DNA from: Chiloscyllium plagiosum
Lineage: Eukaryota
Assembly (NCBI RefSeq): GCF_004010195.1
Contig: NC_057719.1
Coordinates: 31,794,883 to 31,858,882 of the forward strand
Direction of reading: 5' to 3'
DNA length: 64,000 bases
Shown here: one piece after another, positions 36,331 through 50,295 of the stretch
Layout of the letters: every line of letters starts with the position of its first letter
Position numbering within the stretch: position 1 is the stretch's first letter
Program-made: the position numbers and the translations under genes
The notes under the pieces: model-generated
What the model saw: only the letters and a program-made list of their open reading frames with translations
What the model was told of the DNA's origin: nothing
Databases searched by the model: none

Positions 36331-36825
36331 ATAAGAGGTAGGAGCAGATGAAGATCATTCAGTTCTGAGCCTGCTCCACTATTCAATCTTGGACTTTAAC
36401 TCCACTTTCCTGCCTGCTCTCCATATCCCTTGATTTTGTGTAAAATCAAAAATCTAACTTTCTGAGCTTTAAATCTTAAGTGTACTGAATGAAGGAGTAC
36501 TCAAAAACATCTGGGGTGGAAAATCCAAAAGGTTCAGAGCTACTTGAGTAAAGAAGTTTCTCCTAATCTCAGTACTAAATTGATCAATCCCTTGACCTGG
36601 GTTTGTGCTCCAATCATGTAGATTCTGCAGGGAGACAATCTCTCAGTGTCTACATGGCCAATCCCCTTCAAAATCTTGTAAGTTCCAATTAAATAACCTC
36701 TCAATCTTCTAAATGTCAGAGAATGCAAGCCCAATTTATGAAATCATTTTAGGATAACCACCTTATTGTAGGAACTAACATACTGCTGTACTTCCTTTTG
36801 AGCCAAGCATATCCTTCCTTAAAAA
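36331..36825 (-). mobile_element. Degraded CR1 3' fragment
   Basis: ORF 36540-36734 GLHSLTFRRLRGYLIGTYKILKG. Confidence 0.75.
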
Positions 36826-38164
36826 GCACTCAAAGCATTAACAGGATTGGACAGAGTCTATGCCTACTATACGGTGTTGGTATAAGTGTACAGATTGTGG
36901 GTCAGTGTTTTGTACAAGCTAATTACAGAATATTGTGCTGGTTGCTTAAATCCATTCTCCCCAATTTCTTTCCTGTGTCTCCTTTAGATGTTCCCTTTCT
37001 TCACTCCTGCAGCTTGCTTTTCCTCAGCTTCATGACTTTGCATTTCTCCAAATTAAGTATCATCTTCATCACTAGGGTTTAATTCCTAACCTGTCCAGAT
37101 CTTTCTGAAGTTGATCATTGAATTCCCAGCTAATCTACGTGATTTCCTAATTTGCAATTTTTGGCAGACTTGGGGAGTTTGATTCCTATTCAACCAAATC
37201 ATCAATATTTGACGAGACCACAACAGACTGTGGCTCATTGCTGATCTCCTCTTTCCAAGTTAATGTGGTTCATTTAACATGTACCCTCTGACTTCATTGG
37301 TTAGGTATCCACTTCAAAATCCTCCCTCATATTCCATCTCTTTGTACCTCATATAATAACTTCCTCCTTGGTATTTTATTAACAGCTTTGCTGAAGTCTT
37401 GGTTAGTTAAATTTAGAATTCCCCTTAGCAACTAATCAATTAGGTCTTTCATGATTCATCATGCAAAAGCTAGGTATTTTTATTGTTTATCATTATATTG
37501 CCTCACTGTCCTCTCAGAATACTTTGAATTATTTTCTCACTATGCCAAGGCCGTTGGCCTATTGTTTCCTTAATTGCTATTTTTAGTTTTTACAAATTGG
37601 GAACTACATTTTCTATTCTTCAGTCTCCTTTACATTTTAGTGAGCCTTTAGATATCCATAATTTATCTCCACTTCAGCATTCCATTTTGAAGTCAGGTCC
37701 TCATGCTTTGATCTGTTTAATTTTCTCTCATTGTGACTCCTTTTAGGTAATTTCCCTTTGCTCTTTAAATTCGAACTAAGTGTGAGGATGGCAGTATTCC
37801 AACTTGTTAGCAAACGCAGTCACAAAGAAGTCATTAGTAATATTGACTCTTCCTTGGTCATTTTTTAAGTCAAATTCTCCTGGGCTACCTCAGGTGGGCC
37901 ACTGTTTCTTTATCCTCTGTTTTTTTCTCATCTGTTTATGGAAGCTTCCAATATTCCTTTTTTACTGTTTCCTGCCATATTAAAAATATTGTTATCCATT
38001 TCTGTTCCCTTTGTCCTTACCCTTTCCTACACTCATCCCAATTCTCAATTATCTACAGTTTTAACATATAATTTAAGACTATTTAACATCCTTCCCTTGT
38101 TGCTTATATTGGTTCCCGACTCTTGTTGTCACTCTTTAGTTCACTGATATCTAACAGTTACGTA

Positions 38165-40020
38165 TTATGGCAGTCCCAGTCTACGTTTTGAAAGTTAAAA
38201 TCCCCAACCATAACCACCTTCTTATTCTTACAGATAACTGAAATCTCCTTCCAAATTTGTTTCTCGATTTCCCTCTGAATACTGCGGGTCTATAATACAA
38301 TCCCAATAAGGTGATCATCCCTTTCTTATTTCTCAGTTCCACCCAAATAACCTCCCTGGATGTATTCCCAGGAATATCCTCCCCAAGTACAGCCACAATG
38401 CTATCCCTTATCAAAAACGCCACTCCCCCTCTTCTCTTGCACCCTTTTCTGTCCTTCCTATAACAGTTGTTTCCTGGGACATTAAGCTACTGTCCATCCC
38501 GAAGTCTTTGTAATTGCTATTATATCCTAATCCCATGTTTCTCACCATGCCCTGAGTTCATCCGCCTTCCCTGTTAGGCCTCTTGCATTTAAATAAATGC
38601 AATTAAATTTATCATTGCTACCTTATTCTCTACTTTGTCCCTGCCTACCCTGACTGTTTGATTGTCTCCTTTGCCCAAGTTCACCATCTCATATTGATCT
38701 CTTTCCTCACTATTTCTCTGGGATCAATCTCCTCACCTTACTAGTATCAATCCGCCCCAGCAGCTCTTGCAAGTCTCCCTGCCAGAATATTAGTCCCCTT
38801 CCAATTCAGGTGCAATCCGTCCTTCTTGTATTGGTCACTTATACCCCAGAAGAGATTCCCGTGATCCAAAACTGTGAATCCTTCTCCCCTCCACCAGCTC
38901 CTCAGCCACACATTCATCTGCTCTATCTTTCTATTCCTACCCTCACTAGTTTGTAGCACTGGGAGTAATCCAGATATTACTACCATCGAGAACCTCCTTT
39001 TGAAATTCCTGCCTAACTCTCTCTAATCTCCCTTCAGAATCTCAACCTTTTCCCTTCCTATGTCATTGGATCCAGTGTGTACAATCACCTCCTGCTGGTC
39101 CCCTCCCTTTTTGAGAACATTCTGCACCCTCTCTGAGATATCCTTGATTCTGGCACCAGGGAAGCAACACACCATTCTGAATTTTCGCTGCCGGCCACAG
39201 AAACATCTGTCTGTGCCTCTGACTAGGGATTCGCCTAACACAGTTGATTGCTTGGAACTCAATGTACCTCTCATTACATTAGAGACATTCTTGGTACCAA
39301 AACCTTGGCTGTTCATGATACATTCCCCTGAGAGTCCATCACCCCCTAAATTTTGTTTGAGATGGGGAAAGCCACAGAAGACTCCTGCATTACCCGCGTA
39401 CCCCTCCTAGCTTTCCTGCAGTTAACCCATCTACCTGAATGTATCTGTGGCTTTTCTCCCTTCCTATAACCATCCATCACACTCCCTTGCTCCTGTAAAT
39501 TTCTTATTGCCTCTAACTGCCGGTCCAACCGATCCATGCGATCTGATAGGATTCACAACCAAAGACACTTGCCACTGACATAATCATCAGTAACATGGAA
39601 ACGCGCCCTAAACTCCCACATCAACAGGATAAGACATCACTCTACTAAAGGCCATCTTTACTCCTTCACAATGTACAGACCTAGAGAATAGCACTGTCTT
39701 ATTGCTCTAAAAAAACTGCTCCAGGCTAATAATTATTGTTTATATTTTTAAAATTTAATCAGGAGACAGATTTTAATAAAACAAAAAGATCAAGAAAGAA
39801 CCCAATCCCCTCATCATTATAGATTTACAGCAAGACTACACTAAAAATCTATGCGCCTATCTGTTCCTATGCTGTGAGCTCTCTCACACAGGTTCCTCCA
39901 AGGTCAGCTGTGAATATTGCTGTTTGCTAATTTTTCCAAGACACACTCCAATGTCCAGAGATACATGAACTCAACAGCAAAGGCAGTAACTGTGCAGATT
40001 CACTTCTGTGTCAGACAGGA
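38165..40020 (-). mobile_element. CR1 5' half: 5' UTR, ORF1 with SGNH/GDSL esterase, start of ORF2 APE endonuclease
   Basis: VLGESLVRG..CCFPGARIKD..VIVHTGSNDIG, VVISGLLP..DGLHLNWKGT (esterase blocks); EVIWVELRNKKG..LGLYYRP and VMVGDFNF (APE). The 5' UTR boundary is approximate. Confidence 0.88.
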
Positions 40021-41389
40021 GTATTTAATAATGTTCACCAGAGTCTGGTCCTCTTGCTTTGTTGTCATGTGTTGGGAATTATAGAAAGCCATTGGCATTT
40101 TTTTCAAGAATATGTACACCATTTTTTGAATGCAGAGTTGAAGAATGCAATGACTTCTGGTGAAAATGTCACTTGCTGTGCCCTGGGAAATCTCTTAGGC
40201 TAATATTCAGGATGATGGTAATCTTACCAGCTGTCCTCAATTATGTCAATTGTCTTGTGTTTGCTGCAGTGAGAGATTCAACTCCATGAAAAGGTGGGGC
40301 CTCCTCACAAACCAGTTTTCTGTAAATTAAGCTTCTGAGCTTCTATATTTATGTGAGATAAGCTATTCTGTGAATGTCCCCTCTGTCTCTAGTCTCTGCA
40401 GCAGTAACTCTATGGACTACTGTTTCCTTCTCCTCATCTTTCTGCTATAACAGCTGTTCAAGCAGCAAACCTATCAATAGTTATTAAAGATTTCTGATGA
40501 AAACGTGCTGTTGACTTACCGAACAGCTTCACAAAAGATGACTGTTACCTTGAGTAGCCAGAACTCGCAAAAAGCTCAAAAGAAAACATTTTGACTGTCC
40601 AAATAGCGGACAAGTGATTTACCCACAGTTAGCTTTGCAATGAGACATGGAATTGGTCGAAAAGAGCCTATAAACTGTGAAGAATATGTTGAAAGAAGTT
40701 TTCATTGGTTTCAAGCATGGGTACTAGATGTCAATCAGATGTGCAAATTCAAAATGGCAACAGTGGAATTCTGCAGCATATGCGAGTGTGAAATTGATAC
40801 TAATTTTCAATGCCTTAACTTTCATTTCTGCAGGCTCTTCAGTTTAATTTTCCCTGCCATTGCATATATCTTTACACTTCCAGCAATAAGTGACATTCAG
40901 ATCCAATGGCTTTTTTTCTGTGCATAATAATCACTGTATCTCTCATTTACATGCATCATTCATCAACATGAATAATTTTGCACTTTGTACATGTAACACA
41001 CCAAAGTATTGTATTAATTGCTACAGCTCATCGACATTTCTGCTAATGCTTACACTGTATGCTATTTGGTCAATTTAATACCTGATAAGTATTAGATTTG
41101 CTGCAGACTGGAATTTGAAAATAAAAGATCTGTCACAGCTTCACTTTTCTCAAAGCTGCTAAATTAAACTAAGCTCACTGATCTGAAGACCTTGATATTA
41201 ATGTCCAAAGGAGTGTGGTTAAATGAGAGAAATGAAGAACATGATCCTAAAAGGCACTCATGTGCCATTACCATTTTTGTAGTGACAGGATTCGTGGTGT
41301 GTAAATCTGTCACTGCAGAGTGGGCAAGTAATTTATTCACATACAGTAAGGGAAGTAATAAGCGGATAATTTTTCAGGTTGTTTGGCCA

Positions 41390-43410
41390 TAATAATAACA
41401 AGGACCAGTGCTTAGGCCTTATCAATTTTTTCTAATAGTTTGGATGAAAGGATCAATTGTAACTCCCCACGTTTGCTGATGAGACGAAACTCAGTGGGAG
41501 AGTACCCTGTGAGGGGGACACAAGCTCTGGAATCTTGTGGGCATAGAAAATAATTGAAGTCAGGAACCATTTCCAAGTCCCAACCATGTTGGTGTCTTGC
41601 ATCCCTGCAACACCAGATTCATGCCGGAAGCAGGCAATCAACAGAGAGCCTCTGGATCTGAACAGAGTTTCCTGATAATCTCCTGTCTCCCATACCTTCA
41701 AAGTTACGCAAATAATATGGACAAGACTGTAAATAGATACAGACAGGTTATGTGAATGGGGAAACAAGTATTAAAATGGAGTTAATGACATTGTTCCATT
41801 TATTTGTAAGAATAGAAAAAAAACAAGTTTCTTATAATTTGAAAAAAAATATCATACTCAAACAGAGGGATGGTCTTAGACATGAAATATAGAAGGCTAA
41901 CATGCTATCTTTATTACAGAGGGAATGGCGATCAAGAATGAAGACATTTTACGGCATTTGCTTTTGTGAATTTTCACCTGGAATGTCATACACAATTTTG
42001 GGTGCCTTATTCAAATGAAGGATATTCTTGGGGCCATAACTGATTCTTGCAATGAGAGGGTTGTTGGATGGAGGTATTGAATAAAATAAACACATACTCT
42101 CTGGAATTTAGAAGCTTGCAAGATGGTCTCCTTGAAGCATTGAGGATTCATAAAGGATTTACAGATAGTTGTCGAGAGGATATTTCATAATTTTTAAATT
42201 TTCAAACTTGTTGATGAAACTAAACTGGATAGGAATGTAAGCTGTGAAGATGCCTTTAGGGGATTTGGACAGGTTAATTGCATTGGTTCAAACATGGCAG
42301 ATGGAATAGAATGTGAATACCTGTGAACCTATTCACTTTGATAGAAAAAAAACAGGCAGAATATTTGTTTAATGTTGAAGTTGGGAAATGCAGGTTTCTG
42401 AAGGGACCTGGTGTCCTTGTTTTTATGTCATTAAATATTAGCTTGCAAATGCAGCAAACAGTTAGGAAGGCAAATCATATGTTCGCCTTCATCACAAAGG
42501 GATTTAGGTACAGGATCAAAATGTCTTGCCAAAGTTATATAATGCCTTAGTGAAACCTCACTGGAGTTTATGTACAGCTTTGGTCCTCTCATCCCATTGA
42601 GGGAGTGTAATGGCAGTTCACTCTTGAATAGTGGATTGTTGAATGCAGAGAGACTGAGGAACCGGGGTCTGTATTGTCTAGAAATTGAAGTATGAGAAAT
42701 GATCTCATTGAAACATTTAAAATTATTATAGTCCATAAAGAGGTCGTTACAGATAAAATATTTCCTCTGACTCCAAAATCAGAGAGCATAATCTCATGGA
42801 CTCAGTCTTAAATGATTCAACCATTAAGTCTGCTGAGGCCTTCACTTAAACAATAGCTGGTGCCAATCCCTGCAATGTCTCATAAAGAGGTCGTTACAGA
42901 TAAAATATTTCCTCTGACTCCAAAATCAGAGAGCATAATCTCATGGACTCAGTCTTAAACGATTGACATTTTTCATAATGCTATCACCTCTGATTCTGGA
43001 ACAGAGGAGCAGGGAATAGGCTGTTCAACCATTAAGCCTGCTGAGGCCTTCACTTAAACAATAGCTGGTGCCAATCCCTGCAATGTCTTCCTACCCCCTT
43101 AATGTTGTTAGTTTCCAGAAATCTCTGAATTTCTGTGTAGAATGTACTCAATGATTAAGCTTTCACACCCCTCTGGGTAGAGAATTTCAAAGATTTTTCT
43201 ACCGTCTGAATGACAATATTCTTACTCAAAAGAGTCCATTAACAGTGATACTGTTGTGAATCTTTGGAATTCTATCCCACAGGCGGTTATGGAGCCAATT
43301 GTTGAGTATGTTCAAACCTGATGTTGGCAGGTATTTGAACTTTAAGTGACATGGGAATCAGACGAAAATTTGGGTCAGAGGATCTACTTCTGCTCGTATA
43401 TTATATGTTT
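41390..43410 (+). mobile_element. Patchwork of old CR1 fragments (with an antisense CR1 3' end at ~43005-43230)
   Basis: FADETKL / LVDETKL, QQTVRKANHMFAFITKG and RNDLIETFKII-type motifs. Confidence 0.65.
42734..43088. repeat. Interleaved local duplication A-B-A-C-B
   Basis: A=42734-42817 and 42881-42964 (84 bp, 1 mismatch); B=42816-42880 and 43024-43088 (65 bp, 1 mismatch). Confidence 0.92.
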
Positions 43411-43966
43411 TTAAATTTAGCTTATGCAGTGAATCAGGAGCTTAATGCAAATTTTCTAGATGCAGATCTAAGGATTGGGCAATGCAGTAGTGAGGGCAAG
43501 CTGGAGATGCTGGTCTCAAGCTAATGCTGATACTCCCTGTGGGTCAGGAGGAGTGAGAGTGTTTATAAAACACTAGCCCCTCAAGAAAGTATTTGGCTCC
43601 TCTCAGATAATTACAGCCTCTCTCATTTTAATCACTTAATCACCAGGCCTCACCTCTCCAGATCAAATGATTCCCCTTTCCATTAAGCTAATTTCATCCT
43701 CAACCATTGCTGACCTTTTGCTTTTTCAATAACCACCTCCTTTGTCAAGCTCAGTCCTAAATGTCAATCTTCCCCTCTCCAAATACTAGAGAATAACTGT
43801 TGGAATTGCCTTTCTCACCTGGTAGCCAGCAAAATTGCCAGTCTCAAATAATCATAATTTCATCTTACTGTTATTGCCTTAAATACCCATTCCTCTACTC
43901 TTCTGTTTAACTTTGGATGTAGATCTTCTGTTAACATATCACAAATAATGTATGTTAGGTTATCAT

Positions 43967-44256
43967 GGGGCGGCACAGTGTCTCAGTGGTTAGCACTGCT
44001 GCCTCACAGCACCAGTGTCCCAGGTTCGATTCCAGCCTTGGGTGACTGTCTGTGTGGAGTTTGCACATTCTCCCCATGTTTGCGTGGGTTTCCTCCCACA
44101 GTCCCAAATGTGCAGTAGGTGAATTGGCCATGGTAAATTGCCCATAGTGTTAGGTGCATCATTCGGGGGAAATGGGTCTGGGTGGGTTACTCTTCGGTAG
44201 GTCAGTGTGCCTGGTTGGGCTGAAGGGCCTATCTCCATACTATAGGGAATCTAATC
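43967..44256 (+). mobile_element. HE1-type V-SINE
   Basis: GGGGCGGCACAGTG..CAGTGGTTAGCACTGCTGCCTCACAGC, B-box GGTTCGATTCC, V-domain and CR1-like tail. Confidence 0.9.
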
Positions 44257-44507
44257 ATAATGCTGGACATTCCCTCCTCCTTCATGTAGACTATTGGAAA
44301 GCCAGTTCAAAGTGTAATTTCTAAATTTACATTTCAACTAAGTGCATGCAAAAGAATATTTAAAGACTAATGTTCTTTGGCTAACCCTTAGCAGTGACAA
44401 AATATAAAAGTGGTGCTGCTCAAATATTGCTTTAAAACAGTTGTAGTAAATTGGAACAAGCTGATGTCTGCTTATGTCAAGAATGAGGAAATAGTGTTTT
44501 CAATATT

Positions 44508-44713
44508 AAATTTATTCACAGGACAAGGACATCAGAAGCTAGACCAGGATTTATTGCCCACCTCTAATTGCCCAGAGGGCAGTTAAAAGTCAACCACATT
44601 GCAGTGGTCAGGCCAGGTAAGGATGGCAGTTTTCTTAGCTAAAGGGCATTCGTACAACAGATGGCTTTTTCCTGACAATCAACAATGGATTCCATTGTTA
44701 TAGATGTTAATCC
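44508..44713 (-). mobile_element. SacSINE1/DeuSINE-like fragment
   Basis: TTTATTGCCCACCTCTAATTGCCCAGAGGGCAGTTAAAAGTCAACCACATTGC..GGCCAGGTAAGGATGGCAG. Confidence 0.65.
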
Positions 44714-44877
44714 AAGGATTGGGCAACCCAGCAGTGAGGGAAGCTGGAGATGCTGATCTCACAAGCTAATACTAATACTCCCGGTAGGTCAGGGCGGGTG
44801 AGAGCATTTATAAAACACTAGCCTCTCAAGGAAGTATTTGGCTCCTCTCAGATAATCACAGCCTCTCTCTTTCTAAT

Positions 44878-44968
44878 GTCACAACCACCTGATGAAGAAG
44901 CAGCACTTCAAAAGCCACTGCCTCGGACCTGTTGGACTATAACCTGGTGTTTTGTGATTTTTAACATT
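44878..44968 (+). mobile_element. PLE family-C terminus mini-element with decayed hammerhead
   Basis: CACCTGATGAAGAAGCAGCACTTCAAAAGC then CCTGTTGGACTATAACCTGGTGTTTTGTGATTTTTAAC; related to 60999-61140 and ~62952-63000. Confidence 0.65.
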
Positions 44969-45814
44969 CTTCTGGGAATTAATGTAATCTCATGGGCAAA
45001 GACAGGAATTCACTGTGACATAGCATGTGGATTTTGTAGCTGTGTAGATATTATGAAGATCTACAAATATAGTGTCAATACCTATAATGCTGCTATGAAT
45101 CTTGAGCAGTAGATTAACCTAATACTAGGATGCTCTCATTAAATATCTCTAAATCAACTAATTGGATTCCTGGGTTTTGATAAACTACACTGTCAACTAT
45201 TAATTATAAGTATTTATTATTATTATTTTTTAATGCTGTTCCTACGCTTATTCAAGGTGGTCCTTTGTGAATAAGATCCAAGTAACAGATTGTGATGTCT
45301 GAATTTTGCTTTACATTAGTGATTATATTCCTTAGGCTGAGTGTGTGACTGATTCTCTTGATGCTTCTATTTTAAGTATAATCAAGTTTTGTGAAGCCAT
45401 ATTTTCAAAATCAAATTCCCAAATATGTTGTAAAATGGCAGAATTTATTGCAGTGTATTTATTCTTCATGTGGGGACTAATAAACCAATGCCTGCAGAAT
45501 TTGGAAAAGTTGAAAAAAAGAAAATCCCTCTGCTTAAGCCTGCGCTGTCTTCAGTCTGTTATAAAGTTATTAGCTTTTAATATGAAACTATATTTTGAAA
45601 TTCTTGTGATAGATAGCTTACCTTAACAACCTAATTTAAAAATGAAATCTGATTATGTTAGTAATGATTCAGAGCTCTAATGACTGAGATTGAGTCCAAC
45701 AGAACCATCAAAAATCAAACTCGTCAATGATAGATGCATAGCCTGTCAAACCATTGACAATCAGATCCTTCATTAATCAGACCCATCAAGAATCTGACAG
45801 GTCTACAAGCATAG

Positions 45815-46049
45815 TGAAATAACTGTACACAGGCTAGTATCTTGTCACCAAATTCCCTTGTTTATTTAAACGTGCACAGTATATAGGCTCTGACCAGCCA
45901 GTTCAGAGCCAGTCCTTAGAATGAGGAGACTCTCTGAAACTCATGTTTAGATCTATCAGCCAGAGCTCCCTGATTGGTCTTGGTTAACAACCCCAAACAA
46001 GGATCTCATAGCCAATGAGATCCACCTGGCTGTCATTCCAATCACTGCA
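45815..46049 (-). mobile_element. Solo LTR (235 bp)
   Basis: TG...CA ends, AATAAA on minus strand, flanks CATAG/CAGAG (5-bp TSD with 1 mismatch); homologous to the split copy at 6617-8487. Confidence 0.75.
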
Positions 46050-46055
46050 CAGAGA

Positions 46056-46870
46056 CAACAATTTGCCTTTATATAGCACTTTTCATATCATAAAATATCC
46101 AAGGTGCTGTATGTATTATCAAACAAAGTTTTAATCTGAACTGTAAAATGAGATATTAGGAATGACTGGTAGTTTAGTCATTCATAGAGGACATGATAAG
46201 TGTCCAAGAGGAAAAGATGCAAATAAAAAAGTGGAGAACTCTACCAAGGAAGTTCCAGTGCTTAAGATACGAGAAGCTAAATACATGGCTGCCAATAAAG
46301 GAGTTATTAAAATCAGAAGTGCTTAAGAGCCTGAATTGGGAAAGTATGTTGGTCTTAGGGGCATTTGTATGTTTGGAGGAAATTATAGAGATGAAGAAGT
46401 TCAAGGGCATAGAGGGATTTACAAACAAGGTTGAGAATTTTAAAATTGGAAGTGTTGCTTAATTGGTAGCTAACATGGGTGAGTGAGCACAAGGGATATG
46501 GGAGAGCTGGGCTTCGTGCAACTTACTCACAGGTAGCAAGATGTTGAATGATTAAGTTAACAGGAGCTCGAACTAAGGAGATTGGTCTGGAGTGTGTTAG
46601 AACAGTCAGGTTCAAAGCTTGAACAGACAGGGATGAAGATTGAAGCAGCAGATGAGCTGAGACAAAGGTGGAGAAAGGTGAAGTTACAGTGAGGAAATAG
46701 TCAATGTTAGACATTGCATTGATATGTTCCTAAAGATTAATCTTAAATTCAGGTATGACATCCAGAGTCCAGTTCAACCTCAGCAGACAGCTGTCAGAGG
46801 AAGCGAATGGGTTAGTGGCGAGGGAATAGAGATCAAGAGATAAAGACCAAGATTTTTGTGGAGTCATGGA
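46056..46870 (-). mobile_element. Old L2-type LINE/SINE 3' relic
   Basis: Begins CAACAATTTGCCTTTATATAGCACTTTTCAT, the reverse complement of an L2/AmnSINE-type tail; the interior is strongly decayed. Confidence 0.5.
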
Positions 46871-49800
46871 GACTCAGCAATCTACCCAAAATGGTGCTAG
46901 ATCCCTTGAATCCAAAGCCCATTTTCAAATAATTCTATTGAGACAATAGGAACAGGAACTTAATATTGGGGGAAACCCAAAATTAGCAAGGCCCTTTGAA
47001 CTCAATGTTGAATTCAAATAGACCCATTTTTGCTGGAGAGATAGGGCATTGGTTACATAACTTGTGGCTTATGAGTTTAGCCATGTTTTTCTTATTAATT
47101 CAATGTTTGTGGGCTACCCTGGCTGTGCCAGCATTAATGGTTAATCACTATTTCCCCTTTCAAATGTTGTAGTGAGCTGACTTCTTGACTGTTGTAGTTC
47201 ATTTGGTGTTGTTTAAATAACTTGATTGTGAATTGTCAAGTTGTCAAGTTATTAAGTAGTTTGCATTTTAAAAATTGAGAAATAAAACCCTGCTTGGCTC
47301 AGTATGAATTGAAAAAATCAGTTTTAGAATTTTACGTAGTTATTTGCTGATATAATCTTAACTATTATCTTTATAGCATCATTATTGTTTGAATGCTTCC
47401 AGAACCTATCATTATCTTGGTGTAGGATGACTGACAAATCTGTTTGTCTTTATAAAGTACTTGAAAGGATTTAAACTGGCTTTCATGAATGAAATTTCTT
47501 TTGATATTACAAAGTCAGTAATATATATTTAGAACTTTCTTCTCATATCAGCGCAATTCCTGAGTGTGCCCATGGTAGATCCTAGGCGATTTGGCATGTA
47601 AGACAAAAAGACAAAGCTCAGTGGATTGGGAGCATGAATTGGCAGTAATTTGGCTTGGGGCTATAGGCACCATGGAAGTGGGTGTGTGATTAAAGTTGGC
47701 ATGTGTGGGTAGGAAGAGTAGGTTGGGATTAAGAGTGTGTGTTAGGGTGCTTAATATTTAACATAACTAGAACATGGTCCAGTGAACATAAACTGACATT
47801 TTAACCAGTCTGCCATGGTACTTGGCAGAGAGAGTGACTGCCTCTGATCTGGCTTGGGACCAGAAAGCCTGACTCTAAATTGCACTGCACCCATCAAAAT
47901 GTGGGTTACTTTACCCCAGGGTGGGTGTAGTAAGGGCTGGAAGTCTTCTCAGGTAAGACTCTGGGTCAAAAGTCCAGGCTTTGGCTTGTACCTTTCCAGT
48001 GTTTAATTGGAGAAAAATTCTGCTTCTCCAGTATTGGATGGTGTCTGTACCAGATGACAATCTTGAAATAGTGAAGGCATCAAACGAACAGAGATTAGAT
48101 GAAGGAAGTCACCAAGACCCATTGGCAGTCAGTGATCTATATAGTTGATTTCAGCTACAGTCTGACAGTTTGGAGGATTTTGCTTAATCTTTCCATAATA
48201 GCCTTTTGATTTTGTACTTTATAATCTAACATTTTCTAAAACTAGATGGAATGGAATATGTCACAACAAATGTTGTAGTTATCGAGATTTCCAGCTTATT
48301 TGTATTTTCACTTATTTTCATCTTAACAGCCCAGTTACCAAATGGGAGGTTGAAGGGACAAGAAATTGAAGCCTGGAGAGAGAAGTGTTGACAATCACAG
48401 GAAGAATACAGAGAAAGGAATATGGGAATAGATTGTCTATTGTAGCAAATATGAAGTTAGAAGGGAGTTTGGTGGGTTAATAGTTGTAGGAGAGTTGAAG
48501 TTAGTGACTGGGACGGTTCTGGGGGTGTTGATTGTAAGTAAGTAAATAGGCAGGGAGGAAGTTTAATGGAAACTGAAGGCTGGGACAGGGGAAGTCCCAC
48601 AAGGAATGCTGCAGAAAGCATTTCCCACCTCCATTTCACTGCCGTGTCCTCTGGTGTAATGTTCCACGCAACATCTGTAAAATTGAAACAGACTCCTAAT
48701 TCCAAAAAGGGGATCTGACTTAACAACGTTAAAGTGTCCTGCACGACGCAAAACTCACTACTCTAATAATGGTAAAACACATGCACTCAATGTGTGGAGA
48801 TTATGTTCCTTCTTTCATATTTTTAACTGGCCCGAAGAATTTCACCCACCCATTGTCGATGGTTAGTACCAACGCCATTGTAAACATACTCTATCTTCTT
48901 TTAAATATTTAGAACGCTTGTATTCTTTTATCCTGTTTCCATGATGTCTATGTTTCTAGATTTTGGGAGACAGTTCGACTTTTTTATGTCAACTCTGGGT
49001 ATTACAAAGCTTTCTCCTAAACAAGGTACTCGGAGCACCAGTCAGACAGGAGCCAAGCAGCTTCTTAACTTGAGCTACAATTAAAATTGCAGTCAAATAT
49101 TTCTTAAATAAATGACATATTCCAAATGTCTTCCTCCCCATTCCAAACTCATTGCTGTGTTGCTTTCCAATTCAATTTTTTCTGTTTAATTTGAAAAATG
49201 ATGTCATGCAGATCATTCCTAACAATGGGTTCTTTTCCAACATTTTATTCAGAAAGAGTTCAGCTGTGGGTCATCTCAAATTCCATTGATTCTTTTAAAT
49301 GAATATACCCTCCAACCTGAAGGCATTCAAAGTGTTTCATTCAATGGTCACTTAGAAGTTAAAATTATATCACAAGAAACAACATCTTCCACTGAACCAA
49401 TGTTTTTCTGTCAATAGATGTCTCCTGGCAACATGCCAGCATCTCACTATTATCTTGTACTGTTGGATGTATTTCAAACATTTGTCATAATCTTGGCTTT
49501 TAATTTACTTCCCACAGTTGTACAACTAGAACAGAGGCAACCTATACATCTGTAGAGATTTTAAGGATGGTCACATTTTTGCAAAAGTAAGTGTTGCGAT
49601 AGTCAAGAGAGATTTAGTTGGATGTTTTCCCTTCTTTTCCCACTTTTCAACCAACCACAACAAAATATGTTTAAGGAAATGCCTTCATGCCTTGAGTGTT
49701 TGGTGACGCTCAAGAACAGCTATTGAATGGGTATTTGTTATAACTTAAAAAAATGTTTAATTCATAATACCCAAATCTAACTGCAACAGCTCCCTTGCTT

Positions 49801-50295
49801 ACTTACACAAGACATACACATGCCATCGAAAGTAAATGCTAAAGAAGTAGCATGCTGTTAGGGTTTTAATGATCCATAAAGTTATGGTACTACTGCATTT
49901 TGAGGTGTAAACTGAAAATTTTGGCAATTTCTTTTTGAAGAAAATAGGGTTTGAATGTTCTTGGTGATGAATTCATGGTCAGCTAGTCCTTGTAGGTTTT
50001 TGGTTTTACTACAGTTCAAGTTGTTGTCAAAACCCTGCAATAAACCCATGGCTTAGTTCAGTAAATTGACAGGAGGATAGTTCTAATTCTCTGCCCAAGG
50101 AATAATTTCTGGGTCGGATTCTTCCTTTACTGTGAAGGGAAGATAATTGCTTCTCTTTGTCTCCTAGATCACTCAAGATGTATTTACTCTCAAGATGTAT
50201 TTCCTCTCAAATATTTCCTACATGTTGGTTTGTGTCATGTAACTATTTTGGTCATGTTCCTATTGTCCACAAAATTGGTCCCTGATGATGTGAAC

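Larger units (their letters stand above)
43470..44877. repeat. Pair of diverged ~160-bp direct repeats (43470-43632 and 44714-44877)
   Basis: Shared AAGGATTGGGCAA...TTTATAAAACACTAGCC..AAGTATTTGGCTCCTCTCAGATAAT.ACAGCCTCTCTC. Confidence 0.85.

Noticed and set aside
50172..50219. 17-bp tandem repeat (about 3 units)
   Set aside because: Ordinary slippage duplication.
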